Assembly (NCBI GenBank): GCA_050251875.1 | Contig: JBFWMA010000009.1 | Location: forward strand, 28,951-92,950 | Length of the DNA: 64,000 bases | Direction: 5' to 3' | Source of the DNA: Deferribacterales bacterium | GTDB taxonomy: Bacteria > Chrysiogenota > Deferribacteres > Deferribacterales > Geovibrionaceae | In this document: positions 12,404 to 24,459 of the stretch, one piece after another | How the letters are laid out: the number at the start of each line of letters is the position of its first letter | Numbering within the stretch: position 1 is the first letter of the stretch | Program-made: the position numbers and the translations under genes | The notes under the pieces: generated by a model | What the model was told of the DNA's origin: nothing | Seen by the model: only the letters and a program-made list of their open reading frames with translations | Database searches by the model: none

Positions 12404-14420
12404 ATTCAACTATAAGAAAGCTGTACTGCTTCATACACTGGCGATGTTTGTCATTCTGGCTGGGATATTCTCGGTAATATTCTCGTTTCAGGAGCGGAGA
12501 GCCTATGAGTTTCTGATGCACAGCGTGGACAAACAGCTGGACGAGATAGTGTATGTTATCACCCGTGACATAGAGAGGAACGAAGGCTACATCGGTCTGG
12601 ACTATCTGGACAGACAGGTGATAGCGCAGGATACGCTGGACGCTCTCTCCGTGGTGCATGACAATATGCTGGTCTGCTCCACCGACAGAAGCAGAAGGGT
12701 GGACAGCGGATATTTTCCCCGTGAGTCGGAACATGTTCTGAAGAAGATGTTCAAGGTATATTACAACGGAAAACTGAGCGACTATTATCTATATGCCGAG
12801 CTGAATAAACATACCCTGAGCAGTTTCCGGAGAAGCGCCCTGACCGAGACTATCAAATACAGCTTTATCATATCCTGTTTTCTGCTGATTCTTCAGCTCG
12901 GGTCACTATACGCCCTTTATAAAACAACTTTCCGGCGTTTTTACGACAATATGCTGAGGAAGGAGTTCGGGCATAAGTATTTTCTGGAAGAGATAGATAT
13001 CATCGATTCAGCCTTCGAGAGCCTTTACGATGACCTGAACAGCACCAACCTGACGCTGAAAGAGGAGCTGGACGAAAAACAGAAGCAGGACAGTCTGCAA
13101 AATCTCCAGATAAGGGTATCGGAATGTTTCCTGTCCGCTGACGAGACTATCATTTTCGACTGTGTAAACAGAGCCCTGAGGGAATACTTTTCGTCAGAGT
13201 TCGGATATTTCGGTTATATCAACGCCGCCGGAGAGCTGGTCTGTCCGTCCATGAGTTTCGAGATTTTTGCCCGATGCGCCATAGACGGCAAGAGCAATGT
13301 TTTTCCCAGAGATGTCTGGGGCGGTCTGTGGGGCGAGAGCCTCATCAGCAAGAAGACACTGTATAAGAACTTTGACATGAATGTTCCGGAAGGTCATATC
13401 CATCTGCGCAACGCTCTGGTGGTGCCAATCCTCAGCTATGGCGAGGTGATAGGGCAGTTTGTCATGGCGAACAGACAGGACGGATTCACAGAGGAGGACA
13501 TGGCGTCCGGAGAGCTCATCGCAGTTATGATCGCTCCCGTTCTGAAACACTGGTACAGAACGAAATATCACGAAGAGAATTTGCAGAGCGAGAAGAAGCG
13601 TCTGGAAGACGTGGTTCAGCAGGACGTGGCTATCAAGCACAGGCAGGAACAGATATTGTTCGAACAGAAAAAATTCGCCGATATGGGGCAGATGATGAGC
13701 GCCATAGCCCACCAGTGGCGTCAGCCCCTGAACGCTCTGGCGATAATCATACAGAACCTCGGAGACAGCTACAACGCGAAAGAGATAGACGAGGAGTACA
13801 TAGAGGATTTTGAGCAGAACGGGATAAAGCTGATAATGCACATGTCGGAGACCATAGACCACTTCCGGAATTTTTTCGCTCCGGACAAAGACAGGGTGAG
13901 GTTCGAGGCGATAACCGAAACCATAAGCCTGCTGAAGCTCATCAACGTTCAGCTTACCTCCAGAAACATCATTCTGGAGCTGACATGCAAATGCGATGAC
14001 AAAGTGGTGGCATGCGCCAACATAAACAATTTTCCGCCGTGCGAGTTCGGCAGAACGAAGATTTTCGGATATCCAGGCGAGTTCAAACAGTCGGTCATAA
14101 ATATAGTGTATAACGCTGTGGACGCCATCAGATCCGTGAAAGAGAACGACAGATCTTTTCAGGGAAGGGTGGTTATCGGTTTTCTGTCATCCGGTGACGA
14201 GCTGAAGATAACCATATCAGACAACGGCGGCGGTATCGACCCGCTGGTGATTGACAAGATATTCGATCCGTATTTCTCCACGAAGGAGCAGGGCAAGGGA
14301 ACAGGCATAGGGCTTTATATGGCGAGGATGATAATAGAAAACCACATGGAAGGCAGGCTGACTGCGGAGAACGGGGCAGACGGCGCTGTTTTCACCATCA
14401 GGCTTCCTCTGGCGCTTTAG
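12396..14420 (+). CDS. Membrane sensor histidine kinase with a GAF-like domain
   Basis: TM segments, then a GAF-like region. H-box MSAIAHQWRQPLNAL. HATPase N/G boxes (NIVYNAVDA, DNGGGI, GTGIGL). Confidence 0.75.
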   Translation: MIKFNYKKAVLLHTLAMFVILAGIFSVIFSFQERRAYEFLMHSVDKQLDEIVYVITRDIERNEGYIGLDYLDRQVIAQDTLDALSVVHDNMLVCSTDRSRRVDSGYFPRESEHVLKKMFKVYYNGKLSDYYLYAELNKHTLSSFRRSALTETIKYSFIISCFLLILQLGSLYALYKTTFRRFYDNMLRKEFGHKYFLEEIDIIDSAFESLYDDLNSTNLTLKEELDEKQKQDSLQNLQIRVSECFLSADETIIFDCVNRALREYFSSEFGYFGYINAAGELVCPSMSFEIFARCAIDGKSNVFPRDVWGGLWGESLISKKTLYKNFDMNVPEGHIHLRNALVVPILSYGEVIGQFVMANRQDGFTEEDMASGELIAVMIAPVLKHWYRTKYHEENLQSEKKRLEDVVQQDVAIKHRQEQILFEQKKFADMGQMMSAIAHQWRQPLNALAIIIQNLGDSYNAKEIDEEYIEDFEQNGIKLIMHMSETIDHFRNFFAPDKDRVRFEAITETISLLKLINVQLTSRNIILELTCKCDDKVVACANINNFPPCEFGRTKIFGYPGEFKQSVINIVYNAVDAIRSVKENDRSFQGRVVIGFLSSGDELKITISDNGGGIDPLVIDKIFDPYFSTKEQGKGTGIGLYMARMIIENHMEGRLTAENGADGAVFTIRLPLAL

Positions 14421-16779
14421 CCGGGGTATATACGACAGTGGCTGTGACGCCGCCGGATGTGCCGAACTCAATCTTTCCTTTCAGCTGGTGCGCCAGCGAC
14501 CTGACTATCATAATTCCGTAAGTCTCTCCGGATTCCAGAGCGCTTTCGCCGTCAACTCCTATTCCGTTGTCCGAGAACACGAGAGTCCTCTCTCCGTTCA
14601 ACTGGCTGAAGCTCAGGCTGATGGTTTTGTCCTGTGCCTGACTGTCCTTGAAGGCGTATTTCAGTGAATTGGTGAAAAGTTCGTTGATTATCAGGGCGCA
14701 GGGAACCGCCTCGTCCAGATGTATCTTCAGATCCTCTATATCGGTTGTTATGTTGATTCCCTCCGCTCCGTAATCAGAGAAGGTCATCAGATCGCTCAGC
14801 AGTTTTTCGAAATACAGTCTGGCGTCTATATAGGCGAAGTTTTTGTTCTGATAGAGCATCTCGTGTATCAGCGACATGGAGTGTATCTTGGATACCGCTT
14901 CGCTGAGAAACTGACGTTCGTTGCCGTCATCCAGAGTGTCTGCGTGCAGAGACAGCAGACTGCTGATCACCTGAAAATTGTTTTTGATCCTGTGGTGAAG
15001 CTCGTGGAGGAGCAGCTTGTTCTGCTTAAGCGAGTTTATCAGGGAGCGTTCGTTCTCCAGCTCCTCTGTGATGTCATGAAAAACCAGGATACCCGCTCCG
15101 TTCGCCTCTTTCATATGGCTGAAATTATATTTTACCGGCATCAGCGCTCCGTTCTTTTTCACGAAATGATCCTGATGATTTCTCAGGCTCGTCTGGTTAT
15201 TCAGAGCGATGAGAATGTCGCAGTCCTCTCTGTTCACCATCCCCGCCGCATTGCGGTAATGGATTATCTCGTGGTGCTGTTTGAAAAGTATCTCCTCCGG
15301 ATGATATCCGAGCTGGTTCAGAGCGGAATCATTGATGAAGAACACGTTCCCGTCCACGTTAATCCCCACGACGCCCTCATCCAGAGATTCCAGAATCGAT
15401 TTGTGCAGATTTTTCATTTTCGAGAGTTCCTCTGCCAGCATCAGGCTGCTGTTGTTGTCGAACACGGTGATGTAGAGAAACTCTTTGTTTTTCAGAGTCA
15501 GTACGCTGGTGTACAGAGTCACGTTCATCACGCTTCCGTCCGGCAGCGTCTGGCGTGTCTGGTGTTCCGCATCTTTTCGGATGGAGCGCAGATATTCTCC
15601 GTATTCTTTTCTGTCCACGAAGAACTCACGCATGTGCATTCCGGTCATTTCGTTCATTGTCCGGCAGTAGTATTCCGCAATGGATTTGTTGCAGTCGGTT
15701 ACTGCCATCTCCGCCGAATCCACCACCATCACCATTATTCCGGAAGATTTGAAAATGCTTTCGTACCACTGCTTCGAATCAGCCAGTGTTTCGAAGGCGT
15801 TCGACTGTTCCGTCACGTCTCTGGCTATGCCTATGGCGCTTTCGGGCTTGTTGTCCACTCCGTACAGTATGGTGGTGTTCATATCCAGCTTGACGTCTCT
15901 GCCGTCTGCGGTTTTCAGGTCGAATACCTCAGAATAGCTGGATGATCTTTCGGCGCTGTATATGTGTTCCCGCATCCGTTCGAGAAAAGCAGTCTTGAAC
16001 GAGACGTTCAGGCTGATTCCCTTGTCTATAACGTCTTCCGGTTTCATCCCCAGAATGTTTTCTATGGACGGCGAGACGTATTTTACCGTCAGGTCGGGTC
16101 TCAGTCTGAAGTTATAGATGATGTCCCTGGAGGATAGGGTTGCCTGCTTTATGATCTTGTCCATCCGGCTCAGCTCTTCTTTCAGGCTTTCGAAGTGCAT
16201 CATTATCACGCCGATGGACGTGGTGATCGCCAGAATGAAAGTGGCGTGATACCTGATCTGTATGATCTCCGGGAGAAAAAGCGTCAGTATGAAAGTATAT
16301 CTGTGCATCCCCCACAGAGTGATGGCGCCCCCGGCTATCCTGCCGCTGATGGAGCGGACTTTATTTAGTAATATCAAACCGGAATATATCTGGATGGTTC
16401 CCACAAAAATGTGCAGAACTATCATCTGAACGTTTCTGGACACAGTGACGAAAAGGATGATAAAAACAGCCAGCACGGCAGCGGATAAGAGTTTGAATTT
16501 TTTCGGCAGCAGGTTTCCGTATGAAAACCTGTAAGCTCCGAAGAACATGAATATTCCGCTCATCACCTCGCAGAAGGTGGAGAATTCCGGAAAAAATGAG
16601 TTGGATATCCCGAGACGGGTCGTGAGATTTTCGATAAAGGAAAAAGCGAAGAGAAGATAAGCTAAAAACCAGTCCAGCAGATAATCCTGTTTTTCTATCC
16701 TGTAGAGTATCAGAAAAACGGTGGACATTATAGCCACCGAAGATATGACAGATATCAGGTCATACGACAGACTGTGCAT
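14398..16779 (-). CDS. Multi-TM PAS sensor histidine kinase (HisKA_2/HWE-like H-box)
   Basis: About 190-aa polytopic N-terminus, then repeated PAS-like blocks. H-box LHELHHRIKNNFQVISSLLSL. HATPase_c (NELFTNSLKYAF, DNGIG). The 3' end overlaps the convergent kinase gene by 23 nt. Confidence 0.75.
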   Translation of the reverse strand: MHSLSYDLISVISSVAIMSTVFLILYRIEKQDYLLDWFLAYLLFAFSFIENLTTRLGISNSFFPEFSTFCEVMSGIFMFFGAYRFSYGNLLPKKFKLLSAAVLAVFIILFVTVSRNVQMIVLHIFVGTIQIYSGLILLNKVRSISGRIAGGAITLWGMHRYTFILTLFLPEIIQIRYHATFILAITTSIGVIMMHFESLKEELSRMDKIIKQATLSSRDIIYNFRLRPDLTVKYVSPSIENILGMKPEDVIDKGISLNVSFKTAFLERMREHIYSAERSSSYSEVFDLKTADGRDVKLDMNTTILYGVDNKPESAIGIARDVTEQSNAFETLADSKQWYESIFKSSGIMVMVVDSAEMAVTDCNKSIAEYYCRTMNEMTGMHMREFFVDRKEYGEYLRSIRKDAEHQTRQTLPDGSVMNVTLYTSVLTLKNKEFLYITVFDNNSSLMLAEELSKMKNLHKSILESLDEGVVGINVDGNVFFINDSALNQLGYHPEEILFKQHHEIIHYRNAAGMVNREDCDILIALNNQTSLRNHQDHFVKKNGALMPVKYNFSHMKEANGAGILVFHDITEELENERSLINSLKQNKLLLHELHHRIKNNFQVISSLLSLHADTLDDGNERQFLSEAVSKIHSMSLIHEMLYQNKNFAYIDARLYFEKLLSDLMTFSDYGAEGINITTDIEDLKIHLDEAVPCALIINELFTNSLKYAFKDSQAQDKTISLSFSQLNGERTLVFSDNGIGVDGESALESGETYGIMIVRSLAHQLKGKIEFGTSGGVTATVVYTPAKAPEEA

Positions 16780-16783
16780 ATTG

Positions 16784-17857
16784 CTATCCTGTTGAACAAA
16801 ATTTTAATACGGCAGACGCTATATCCCCCAGAGGCAGAACCATATCCACTGCGCCCGCCTCGATAGCCATTTTCGGCATGCCGAAAACAACGCAGGATTT
16901 TTCATCCTGAGCTATGTTGAAGGCGCCGGCGTCCTTCATCTCTTTCATTCCTCTGGAGCCGTCATCGCCCATGCCGGTCAGCATGACTCCCACGGCGTTT
17001 TTTCCGACATATCTTGCCGCCGAGCGGAAGAGAACGTCCACAGACGGTCTGTGTCTGCTCACCAGCGGACCTTCCTTTGTTTCTACAAAGTATCTGGCGC
17101 CGCTTCTTTTTATCAGCAGATGCTTGTTGCCGGGCGCTATCAGAACACGCCCCGGAAGCACCGTGTCGTTAAAATCCGCCTGTTTCACCGACACCCTGCA
17201 CAGACTGTCCAGCCTGTTGGCGAAAGAAGCGGTGAAGTTTTCCGGCATATGCTGGACTATAACGACACCCGGGCTGTTCTCGGGAAGCCCCTGGAGAAAA
17301 ACGCTGAGCGCTTCCGTACCTCCTGTGGACGCTCCCACCAGAATCACCTTTTCGGTGGTCTTTATCATGGCATAGCTCTCCGCAGGAGCCAGAACGGCAT
17401 CCGCGGTCAGCTTCGGTCTTATCTCGTGAAACGCTCCGGTGAGCTTGGACACTTTTACTTTCGCGGCTGCCTTCACAGCATCGCATATCATAACCTTCGA
17501 TTCGTCCAGAAACTGTTTTGTCCCTGTTCTGGGTTTTTGTATGATATCCACAGCTCCGTATTCCAGAGCTTTTACGGCTGTGTCTGAGTTTTCTTCTGTC
17601 AGGCTGGAGCACATCACCACGGGGATGGGGTGCTGGCTCATGAGTTTTTTCAGGAAAGTGATGCCGTCCATCTTCGGCATCTCTACGTCCAGAGTGATGA
17701 CATCCGGAATAAAATTACGCATTTTTTCAGCGGCGGCGAAAGGATCAGAGCACGAGACCACTGTGCCGACAGCGGAATCCGAAAGCAGAATTTCCGTTAA
17801 AACCTGTCTGACAACGGCGGAATCATCCACGACAAGAACCTTTAACTTGTTATCCAT
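16784..17857 (-). CDS. cheB: Chemotaxis response regulator protein-glutamate methylesterase
   Basis: REC domain (KVLVVDDS...DV.MPKMDG) plus the CheB esterase domain ([20 protein letters not shown]). Start taken at [12 protein letters not shown]. Confidence 0.9.
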   Translation of the reverse strand: MDNKLKVLVVDDSAVVRQVLTEILLSDSAVGTVVSCSDPFAAAEKMRNFIPDVITLDVEMPKMDGITFLKKLMSQHPIPVVMCSSLTEENSDTAVKALEYGAVDIIQKPRTGTKQFLDESKVMICDAVKAAAKVKVSKLTGAFHEIRPKLTADAVLAPAESYAMIKTTEKVILVGASTGGTEALSVFLQGLPENSPGVVIVQHMPENFTASFANRLDSLCRVSVKQADFNDTVLPGRVLIAPGNKHLLIKRSGARYFVETKEGPLVSRHRPSVDVLFRSAARYVGKNAVGVMLTGMGDDGSRGMKEMKDAGAFNIAQDEKSCVVFGMPKMAIEAGAVDMVLPLGDIASAVLKFCSTG

Positions 17858-17858
17858 C

Positions 17859-18344
17859 TCACAGCCCCTGAATTCTTGATATTTTTCTCTGATAGACAGT
17901 TCCGGTATCAATAGAGAAATACAGCTTACGGGTGAAAGCTCCACCCGTGTCTCTGGCTGATATATTATAGCCTAATTTATCCAGAATTGACAATGCGGCG
18001 GTTATATTTCTCTGTCCCACCGTCACAGTGCTGTTTGCGGGGGCAAACATGTCGCTGCCTCCGAACAATTTCACTTCGATATCTCTCTTTTCGATTTTTT
18101 TCTGTAGAAAGAGTCGGTTCATATAGAGCACGGAGCAGTCCACATATTTCATGCAGTCATCACCCTGTTTCACAGATTCGGAGGAGCAGGGGAGCATACA
18201 GTGGCTCATTATCCCCGCTTTGATCTTCCGGCAGTACATAGTGATGCTGATGCAGGAGCCCAGAACGGTATGTATGACCAGACTTTCGTCCGCGAAATAG
18301 ACTTCTCCCGGCTTCAGATAGACGCACTGGCAGTCATCAAACAT
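17859..18344 (-). CDS. cheD: Chemoreceptor glutamine deamidase
   Basis: 161 aa. LGSCISI, GI.SHCMLP, KLFGG motifs of CheD. Confidence 0.8.
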   Translation of the reverse strand: MFDDCQCVYLKPGEVYFADESLVIHTVLGSCISITMYCRKIKAGIMSHCMLPCSSESVKQGDDCMKYVDCSVLYMNRLFLQKKIEKRDIEVKLFGGSDMFAPANSTVTVGQRNITAALSILDKLGYNISARDTGGAFTRKLYFSIDTGTVYQRKISRIQGL

Positions 18345-18354
18345 ATAGTCCCCG

Positions 18355-19203
18355 TTACTGTTTTACAAAAACTGTGGGCGCTTCGATCTTCAGAGGCAGG
18401 TCCATCCCGTGAACGGTCTCCGAATGACCCATGAAGAGATATCCGCCTTTGATTATGTTTCCGCAGATTTTTCTGATGATATCGTACTGTGTGTCGTGAT
18501 CGAAATAGATGATCACATTGCGGCAGAAAGCGATATCCATAACCGCCGGCAGAGAATATGAGCTGTCCATCAGGTTCAGGCGCCCGAAAGTCACTTTTTC
18601 CCTTATGGCGGGGATGAATCTGACTTTCTGCCTGTCTTTTGATCTCAGCATATATCTTTTTTTCAGCTCATAAGGGATATCTTCCGCTTTTTCTCTGGAA
18701 TAAACCGCCGTGCGGGCTGTTTCCAGCACGGCGGTATTGATGTCGGTGGCATAGACTCTGAAATTGCCGTCTAAGCCGAAATATTCCGCCAGAACCATCG
18801 CTATGGTATAGGGTTCCTCTCCTGTGGAACAGGCGGAGCTCCACACGTTCAGCGTTCTATTGGTTCCGATGCCCTTGTCAGAGAACTTTTTAAGCACTGT
18901 TGAGGACATGTAGTTAAAATGGTTTACCTCGCGGAAAAAATCCGTTTTGTTGGTGGTGATGGCGTCTATCAGCTCCAGCTGTTCCCTGTCGCAGACGGGG
19001 TTCGCATCGTCAAACACATACTCGATGTATTCTCTGTATGTGGACATGCCCAGCGCCTTGAGACGCTTGCGGATGCGTCCCTCCACCATATTCTTTTTGT
19101 TATCAGGAAGCCTGATTCCGCAATGATCGTGTATATATCTGCGGATAGCGTTGAACTCGTCCTTTTTCAGTGTCTGGCTGTATATTCCGCAGGTATCTGT
19201 CAT
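18355..19203 (-). CDS. cheR: Chemotaxis protein methyltransferase
   Basis: NKTDFFRE, VWSSACSTGEEPY..A, FCRNV.IYFD motifs. Confidence 0.9.
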   Translation of the reverse strand: MTDTCGIYSQTLKKDEFNAIRRYIHDHCGIRLPDNKKNMVEGRIRKRLKALGMSTYREYIEYVFDDANPVCDREQLELIDAITTNKTDFFREVNHFNYMSSTVLKKFSDKGIGTNRTLNVWSSACSTGEEPYTIAMVLAEYFGLDGNFRVYATDINTAVLETARTAVYSREKAEDIPYELKKRYMLRSKDRQKVRFIPAIREKVTFGRLNLMDSSYSLPAVMDIAFCRNVIIYFDHDTQYDIIRKICGNIIKGGYLFMGHSETVHGMDLPLKIEAPTVFVKQ

Positions 19204-19212
19204 CTCTCTGCC

Positions 19213-19719
19213 TCACGCGTTCTCTGCGTTCTCAGCGGCGGCGGCGAAAACGCTGACTTCTGAATTGGAGAAGACTGCGTTGACATTGAGGATTATCACA
19301 AATCCGCTGTCACGTTTCGCCATTCCGGCTATGAACGCCGTATTAAGCTGTGTTCCTATCTTGGGAGCGTCTTCTATGCAGTCCTTTTCGAACTCTACAA
19401 CTTCCTGCACTGAGTCCGCCAGAGCTCCCAGAACAGTGGACTCTCCGTCTATCTCCACCTCCACGATGATGATACAGGTGTTCACTGTTTTTTCTGTTTT
19501 GCCTATTTTAAATTTCTTTTTCAGGTCCACCACGGGAACCACGTTTCCCCTGAGGTTTATCACGCCCACCATATATTCCGGTGTGTGCGGGACTTTTGTG
19601 ACGCTGGAAAAATCCAGCACCTCCCGCACGGACATGATGTCCACTCCGTAAACCTCGTCCGCCAGCTTAAATGTCAGTACCTGACCGCTGATGCCTTCGG
19701 TGATAGTATTGTTTTCCAT
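19213..19719 (-). CDS. cheW: Chemotaxis coupling protein
   Basis: 168 aa. YGVDIMSVREV...P..P..M.GVINLRG..VPVVDL. Confidence 0.9.
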   Translation of the reverse strand: MENNTITEGISGQVLTFKLADEVYGVDIMSVREVLDFSSVTKVPHTPEYMVGVINLRGNVVPVVDLKKKFKIGKTEKTVNTCIIIVEVEIDGESTVLGALADSVQEVVEFEKDCIEDAPKIGTQLNTAFIAGMAKRDSGFVIILNVNAVFSNSEVSVFAAAAENAENA

Positions 19720-19730
19720 GTGGCACCGCC

Positions 19731-21653
19731 TTAGAAACTTTCAAATTCTGAATCGAGGCTGTCCTTTTTGCCTTCTGAAAGATCGAGATCAATTCCTTCC
19801 GGTTTTTTCTCCGCCGGTTTGTGAGTCAGCATGGGTCTGGAGGCTGACTTTTTCGGCAGGGCTTTAGCGGGTTTTTTTGTCAGGGCATCGTATTTTGCCT
19901 GAAATTTTCCATCGTCTTTCATTTTAAAGAATGAGACAGCCTGCTGAAGCGCCTCGGACTGGCTGGACAGCTCTTCCGCTGTTGCCGCCATCTCTTCCGC
20001 CGCTCCGGCGTTTCTCTGAATAACCTGATCGAGCTGCTGGATGGCTGAGTTGATCTGCTCTCCGCCTGTCCTCATCTCGTTGCTTCCCGCTGTGATCTCC
20101 TGAACCAGCTCCGCTGTCTTCTGGATATCGGGCAGAATCTGCATCAGCAGTCCGCCTGCCTTCTCCGCTATGGATACGCTGGATGAAGACAGTTCGCTGA
20201 TCTCTCTGGCGGCTTCCTGGCTGCGTTCCGCCAGCTTGCGCACCTCTGAGGCTACCACGGCGAATCCTTTTCCGTGTTCGCCGGCTCTTGCCGCTTCGAT
20301 GGCGGCGTTCAGCGCCAGCAGGTTGGTTTGTCTGGCTATCTCTTCTATGATAGATATTTTATCCGCTATGTCTTTCATGGCGGAGACTGTTTTCTGAACC
20401 GCCTCTCCGCCTTCTTTGGCGTCTCCGGATGCTTTCAGAGCTATTTTCTCTGTCTGGAGTGCGTTGTCGGCGTTCTGGCTTATGTTGGACGCCATCTCTT
20501 CCATAGAGGCAGATGCTTCCTCTGCGCTGGCAGCCTGTTCTGTAGCTCCCTGAGACATATCCTGAGCGGCGCTGGAGAGTTCGCTCGATCCGGCGGCAAC
20601 ATTGTCGGCGGATGTGCGGACATCGGTGATGATGCTTTTCAGCTTAGCCACCATAGCTCTGAGAGCATCGGCGAGCTGACCTACCTCATCGCTCTGATGA
20701 ACGTCCAGTTTAGCGTCCAGATTTCCTTCCGCCAGATCTTTGGCGAATTCCACGCCTTTGAACAGAGGTCCTGTAATGGCTTTTGTCAGGATGATGCCCA
20801 CGACTGTGCCGAGTATCACGCCGATGAGACAGAAAACGGCGAGCATAGTGTTAGCGGCGGCGATCTCTGACATCATCTTGTCTTTCTGGTCTGTTGTGGC
20901 GGCGTCCACTACTTTCATCGCCTCTCTGGCGTCTGTAACGAGACTGGTCTCGAGCTCCAGCTGGTGTTTGATCTCGCCGAAGAAGTCATCTGTCACGGAT
21001 CTGTATACTTCCAGTCCCGCCAGATATTTTGAGGCGAGCTCAGGAGATGTTCTTTTCAGCTCCACGCCTGTTTCGTATGATTTTGTATAGCTGTCGATAT
21101 TTTTTGCGATATATGCTTCATCTTTTGAGATGATATATTCTTTTTCAAACTTTCTGGCTTCTCTGAACCATGACACGGCCTTCATAGCTGTTACGGAATT
21201 TTCAGCCGCCGCTATCCTTTCGGCGATGGCTATAGCTTCGTTGGCTTTCTTGCGCATGTCTTCCATGAGAACCTGTTTCTTCTGTTCAGATTCCACATAT
21301 TTCTGGAATGAGTTTTTATATGCCATAGCGCCGGACATGATATCTTCCACCTGTTTTATGTTCACAGGGTCTTTGAATCTGGGCTTCAGCTCTTCAGATG
21401 TTTTTTCCAGAGCGTCCACCTTAGCGGCTACCGCTTCGGCATACTGCATATCCTTGCGCAGGATGTAGTTTTTCTCCTGCTGTCTGGATTCCAGCATAGT
21501 CTTGGTGATGCTGTTCAGCATTGTGGTGTTGATTACACGGTTGTTTACATTGCCCAGTCCTCTGTAGCCGGCAAATCCGGTGAGGATCAGGAGCACTATC
21601 AATGTGCCGAATCCAAGAGTGAGTTTAAATCCGAGTTTCAAGTGTTTAAGCAT
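19731..21653 (-). CDS. Methyl-accepting chemotaxis protein with a periplasmic sensor and HAMP
   Basis: Two TM segments flank a helical domain of about 250 aa. HAMP, then the conserved hairpin [43 protein letters not shown]. Confidence 0.9.
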   Translation of the reverse strand: MLKHLKLGFKLTLGFGTLIVLLILTGFAGYRGLGNVNNRVINTTMLNSITKTMLESRQQEKNYILRKDMQYAEAVAAKVDALEKTSEELKPRFKDPVNIKQVEDIMSGAMAYKNSFQKYVESEQKKQVLMEDMRKKANEAIAIAERIAAAENSVTAMKAVSWFREARKFEKEYIISKDEAYIAKNIDSYTKSYETGVELKRTSPELASKYLAGLEVYRSVTDDFFGEIKHQLELETSLVTDAREAMKVVDAATTDQKDKMMSEIAAANTMLAVFCLIGVILGTVVGIILTKAITGPLFKGVEFAKDLAEGNLDAKLDVHQSDEVGQLADALRAMVAKLKSIITDVRTSADNVAAGSSELSSAAQDMSQGATEQAASAEEASASMEEMASNISQNADNALQTEKIALKASGDAKEGGEAVQKTVSAMKDIADKISIIEEIARQTNLLALNAAIEAARAGEHGKGFAVVASEVRKLAERSQEAAREISELSSSSVSIAEKAGGLLMQILPDIQKTAELVQEITAGSNEMRTGGEQINSAIQQLDQVIQRNAGAAEEMAATAEELSSQSEALQQAVSFFKMKDDGKFQAKYDALTKKPAKALPKKSASRPMLTHKPAEKKPEGIDLDLSEGKKDSLDSEFESF

Positions 21654-21669
21654 GACTGCCCCCAGGAAG

Positions 21670-23736
21670 CTACTCCACTTCCGTATAAATTTTTAAAACA
21701 TCTATTATAAGTGCTACAGAGCCGTCTCCCAGAACGGAGGCTCCGGATATACACTCTATGTCCCTGAACGCTTTGCCCAGCGATTTTATAACCGTCTGAT
21801 GGTCGCCCACCACGCTGTCCACCACAAAACCGGCTCTGCGCCCGTCTATGTCTATGATGACAACCTGCTGAATCTCAGGCGGCTCGCCGTCTATCTGAAA
21901 AAAATCGCGCAGATGCACATAGGGAATCAGTTCGTTGCGCACCATCAGTATGCGTCTGCCCGATTCGCTGGCGTGGTCTTTTCTTATGAACTCGATACAT
22001 TCGTTTACTATGGAGAGGGGGATTATGAAGAACTGCCCGCCCATCTCCACCAGCAGACCGTCTATGATGGCGAGAGTCAGAGGGAGTTTCAGCGAGATGG
22101 TTGTTCCGACTCCCTGTTTGCTGGAGATGTCGATGACACCTCTGAGCGCCTCGATGTTTCTGCGCACCACATCCATCCCGACGCCTCGTCCGGAAACGCT
22201 GGACACTTTTTCCGCTGTGGAGAATCCGGACGCGAATATCAGCTCGAATATCTCTTTGTCGGAAAGGTCGGCGTTTTCAGATACGATTCCGTTGGCTTTC
22301 GCTTTTTTCAGTACGGCATCTTTGTTGATACCGCCTCCGTCATCTATTATCTGGATAACAACACTGTCGCCGGAGTGGTTTGCCTGAAGGGTTATGTGTC
22401 CTTTTGCCGGTTTGCCTGCTTTTTTTCTGTCCTCCGGCATCTCTATTCCGTGGTCGATGCTGTTTCTGATGAGGTGAACCAGCGGGTCGCCCAGTTTTTC
22501 TATTACTGTTTTGTCTATCTCGGTTTCGCCGCCCACGGTGATGAGCTCTATCTCTTTGCCCAGCTCGGCGGAGAGGTCACGAACCAGTCTTTTGAACCGG
22601 CTGAACGTTGAGCCTATCTCCAGCATGCGTATGCTCATGGCGTTGTCTCTCAGCTCCCACACGAGGCGCTCCACCTCTTCGGCTACTTTCAGCATGTCCT
22701 GATTGGCGGACTGGACAGCCACCTGATTCAGCCGTGCCTGCACAGTCACCAGCTCGCCCACCAGATCCACCAGAGAGTCCAGACGTTCGGAGGGGACTCT
22801 GATGGAGGCGGCGTTCTCCGCTGCCTGTTTCTGCGCGCGCATCTCTTTTATGTGCGCCTGTTCCTGAAGAGCCGATTCCACGGCGTCCGGGCTCACCAGA
22901 CCCTGTTTCTGGAGCTCTTCGCCCAGAAATCTTCTCTGCTGTATGACTTCATCCAGCTGTTCTTTTGTTATGTCGCCTTTTTCCAGCAGGATTTCGCCCA
23001 GTCTTTTATAACAGTCGGGCTCTCCGCCGAAATCGTCAATTTCGGTTATCTTTATGTCGCTGTCGTCTTCCACGAAGATGAAGACGTCTTTGATCTCGTT
23101 TTCATTCTTTGATGTTGTGAGGATAATGTCCCAGAAGGTATAGCATTTCTCCGGCTCGAAGACTTCGAGCATCGGCACGTTTGTGGTGTGGGCTATCGCC
23201 TTCGCCTCTCCCATGTCCAGCAGTTCTGATATCAGCCTCTCCGGACTGGATCCCTGAAGCAGTATGTTTTCGTTCGGTTTGAAGGTGATCCTGAATGTTT
23301 TCAGGTCTTTTTCCTTCATCAGGTTCTTTTTATCCACGGGTGCGCTGGGCTCTTTCTGTTTTTTTCCGCCCAGTTTTTCGAAAAAGTCCTTAATAGCGAG
23401 CGCTTCCGGCGTGTCCGCTTTCATGGCGGGGTCGGTCAGCATGTCTTTTATCACATCGCATGATCTCAGCGAGTGGTCGAGCATCTCTTTTGTCACGGTC
23501 AGTTTGCTGTTTCGCACCATGTCGTATGTAGTCTCTATGCTGTGAACCAGCGATGCGATATGCTCGAAACCGAACATCGCCCCTGAGCCTTTTATAGTGT
23601 GCATAGCACGGAAGATACGGGCCACCGTCTCCATGTCGTCCGGTGTTTCTTCCAGCTCCAGCAGAGATTCCTCCAGCTCAGCCAGAAGATCCTGCGCTTC
23701 CTGTATAAAAACCTGCTGATGCACATCTGCTGACAT
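21670..23736 (-). CDS. cheA: Chemotaxis histidine kinase
   Basis: Hpt ([15 protein letters not shown]), dimerisation domain, HATPase ([25 protein letters not shown]), C-terminal CheW-like domain. Confidence 0.95.
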   Translation of the reverse strand: MSADVHQQVFIQEAQDLLAELEESLLELEETPDDMETVARIFRAMHTIKGSGAMFGFEHIASLVHSIETTYDMVRNSKLTVTKEMLDHSLRSCDVIKDMLTDPAMKADTPEALAIKDFFEKLGGKKQKEPSAPVDKKNLMKEKDLKTFRITFKPNENILLQGSSPERLISELLDMGEAKAIAHTTNVPMLEVFEPEKCYTFWDIILTTSKNENEIKDVFIFVEDDSDIKITEIDDFGGEPDCYKRLGEILLEKGDITKEQLDEVIQQRRFLGEELQKQGLVSPDAVESALQEQAHIKEMRAQKQAAENAASIRVPSERLDSLVDLVGELVTVQARLNQVAVQSANQDMLKVAEEVERLVWELRDNAMSIRMLEIGSTFSRFKRLVRDLSAELGKEIELITVGGETEIDKTVIEKLGDPLVHLIRNSIDHGIEMPEDRKKAGKPAKGHITLQANHSGDSVVIQIIDDGGGINKDAVLKKAKANGIVSENADLSDKEIFELIFASGFSTAEKVSSVSGRGVGMDVVRRNIEALRGVIDISSKQGVGTTISLKLPLTLAIIDGLLVEMGGQFFIIPLSIVNECIEFIRKDHASESGRRILMVRNELIPYVHLRDFFQIDGEPPEIQQVVIIDIDGRRAGFVVDSVVGDHQTVIKSLGKAFRDIECISGASVLGDGSVALIIDVLKIYTEVE

Positions 23737-23739
23737 TGA

Positions 23740-24105
23740 TCACCCCAGTACTTTTTTTGTTACGTTGATAAGCTGTTCCGGCTGAAACGGTTTTACTATC
23801 CAGCCTGTGGCTCCCGCGGCTTTTCCTTCCTGTTTCTTGCTGTCCTGAGACTCTGTGGTCAGCATGATGATGGGAGTGAAGCGGAATTCCGGTTTTGTCC
23901 TGAGCTCTTTTATGAGTGTGATTCCGTCCATGTTGGGCATGTTAAGGTCGGTCACCACCATGTCGATCTTGCCGCCGCCTATCTTGGAGAGAGCGTCTTT
24001 TCCATCGCATGCCTCTATGATGCTGTAGCCCTCTTTAGAGAGAGTGAATTTAACCATCTGCCTTATACTGACGGAGTCATCCACGGTTAGAATTGTTTTA
24101 GCCAT
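23740..24105 (-). CDS. cheY: Single-domain response regulator
   Basis: 121 aa. ILTVDDS...DLNMPNMDG...KP, classic CheY layout. Confidence 0.9.
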   Translation of the reverse strand: MAKTILTVDDSVSIRQMVKFTLSKEGYSIIEACDGKDALSKIGGGKIDMVVTDLNMPNMDGITLIKELRTKPEFRFTPIIMLTTESQDSKKQEGKAAGATGWIVKPFQPEQLINVTKKVLG

Positions 24106-24107
24106 GA

Positions 24108-24446
24108 TTATTTCTCCTTTACTAATATACAGTTCATGAATTTATCTCTGGAACAGCCCCTGTGTCTGACAAAGCCTGCCAGCTTTTTCATGTTCAGAAG
24201 GTCGTTCTTTTTTCCGCTGACTGTCAGGTGTCTGTCTTTGGCGTTGAATGTTCTGTGGGCAGAGCAGAGCAGCTGCATGAAGGTCATGTCAGCGTCTTCT
24301 ATGTCGCCGAACTCTATCTCAACGTCTTTGTTCTGCTCGAGATACGCCAGAAGAATCCTGTGCAGCTCGCCTGTATGCTGGACCGTCATATCGCCTTCAA
24401 CTTTAATCACTACTTTTTCCTGATTCTCTACTTCCATAGTTCTCAT
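24108..24446 (-). CDS. STAS-domain (anti-sigma-factor-antagonist-like) protein
   Basis: About 110 aa. The pattern VIKVEGDMTVQHTGELHRILLAYLE...VEIEFGDIEDADMTFMQLLCSA fits the SpoIIAA/STAS fold. It sits inside the che operon. Confidence 0.55.
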   Translation of the reverse strand: MRTMEVENQEKVVIKVEGDMTVQHTGELHRILLAYLEQNKDVEIEFGDIEDADMTFMQLLCSAHRTFNAKDRHLTVSGKKNDLLNMKKLAGFVRHRGCSRDKFMNCILVKEK

Positions 24447-24459
24447 TGGGTTCTCCTGC

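Noticed and set aside
14719-15945. 408-aa plus-strand ORF inside the PAS histidine-kinase gene
   Set aside because: It is antisense to a gene with clear PAS/H-box/HATPase motifs. Its composition (runs of H, V, Q, F) is not protein-like. Other long antisense track ORFs were dropped for the same reason, e.g. 2703-3407, 3540-4346, 4359-5111, 6342-6830, 6930-7709, 8791-9522, 13194-13862, 20274-20870, 21799-22611, 38215-38844, 53528-54124 and 54644-55174.
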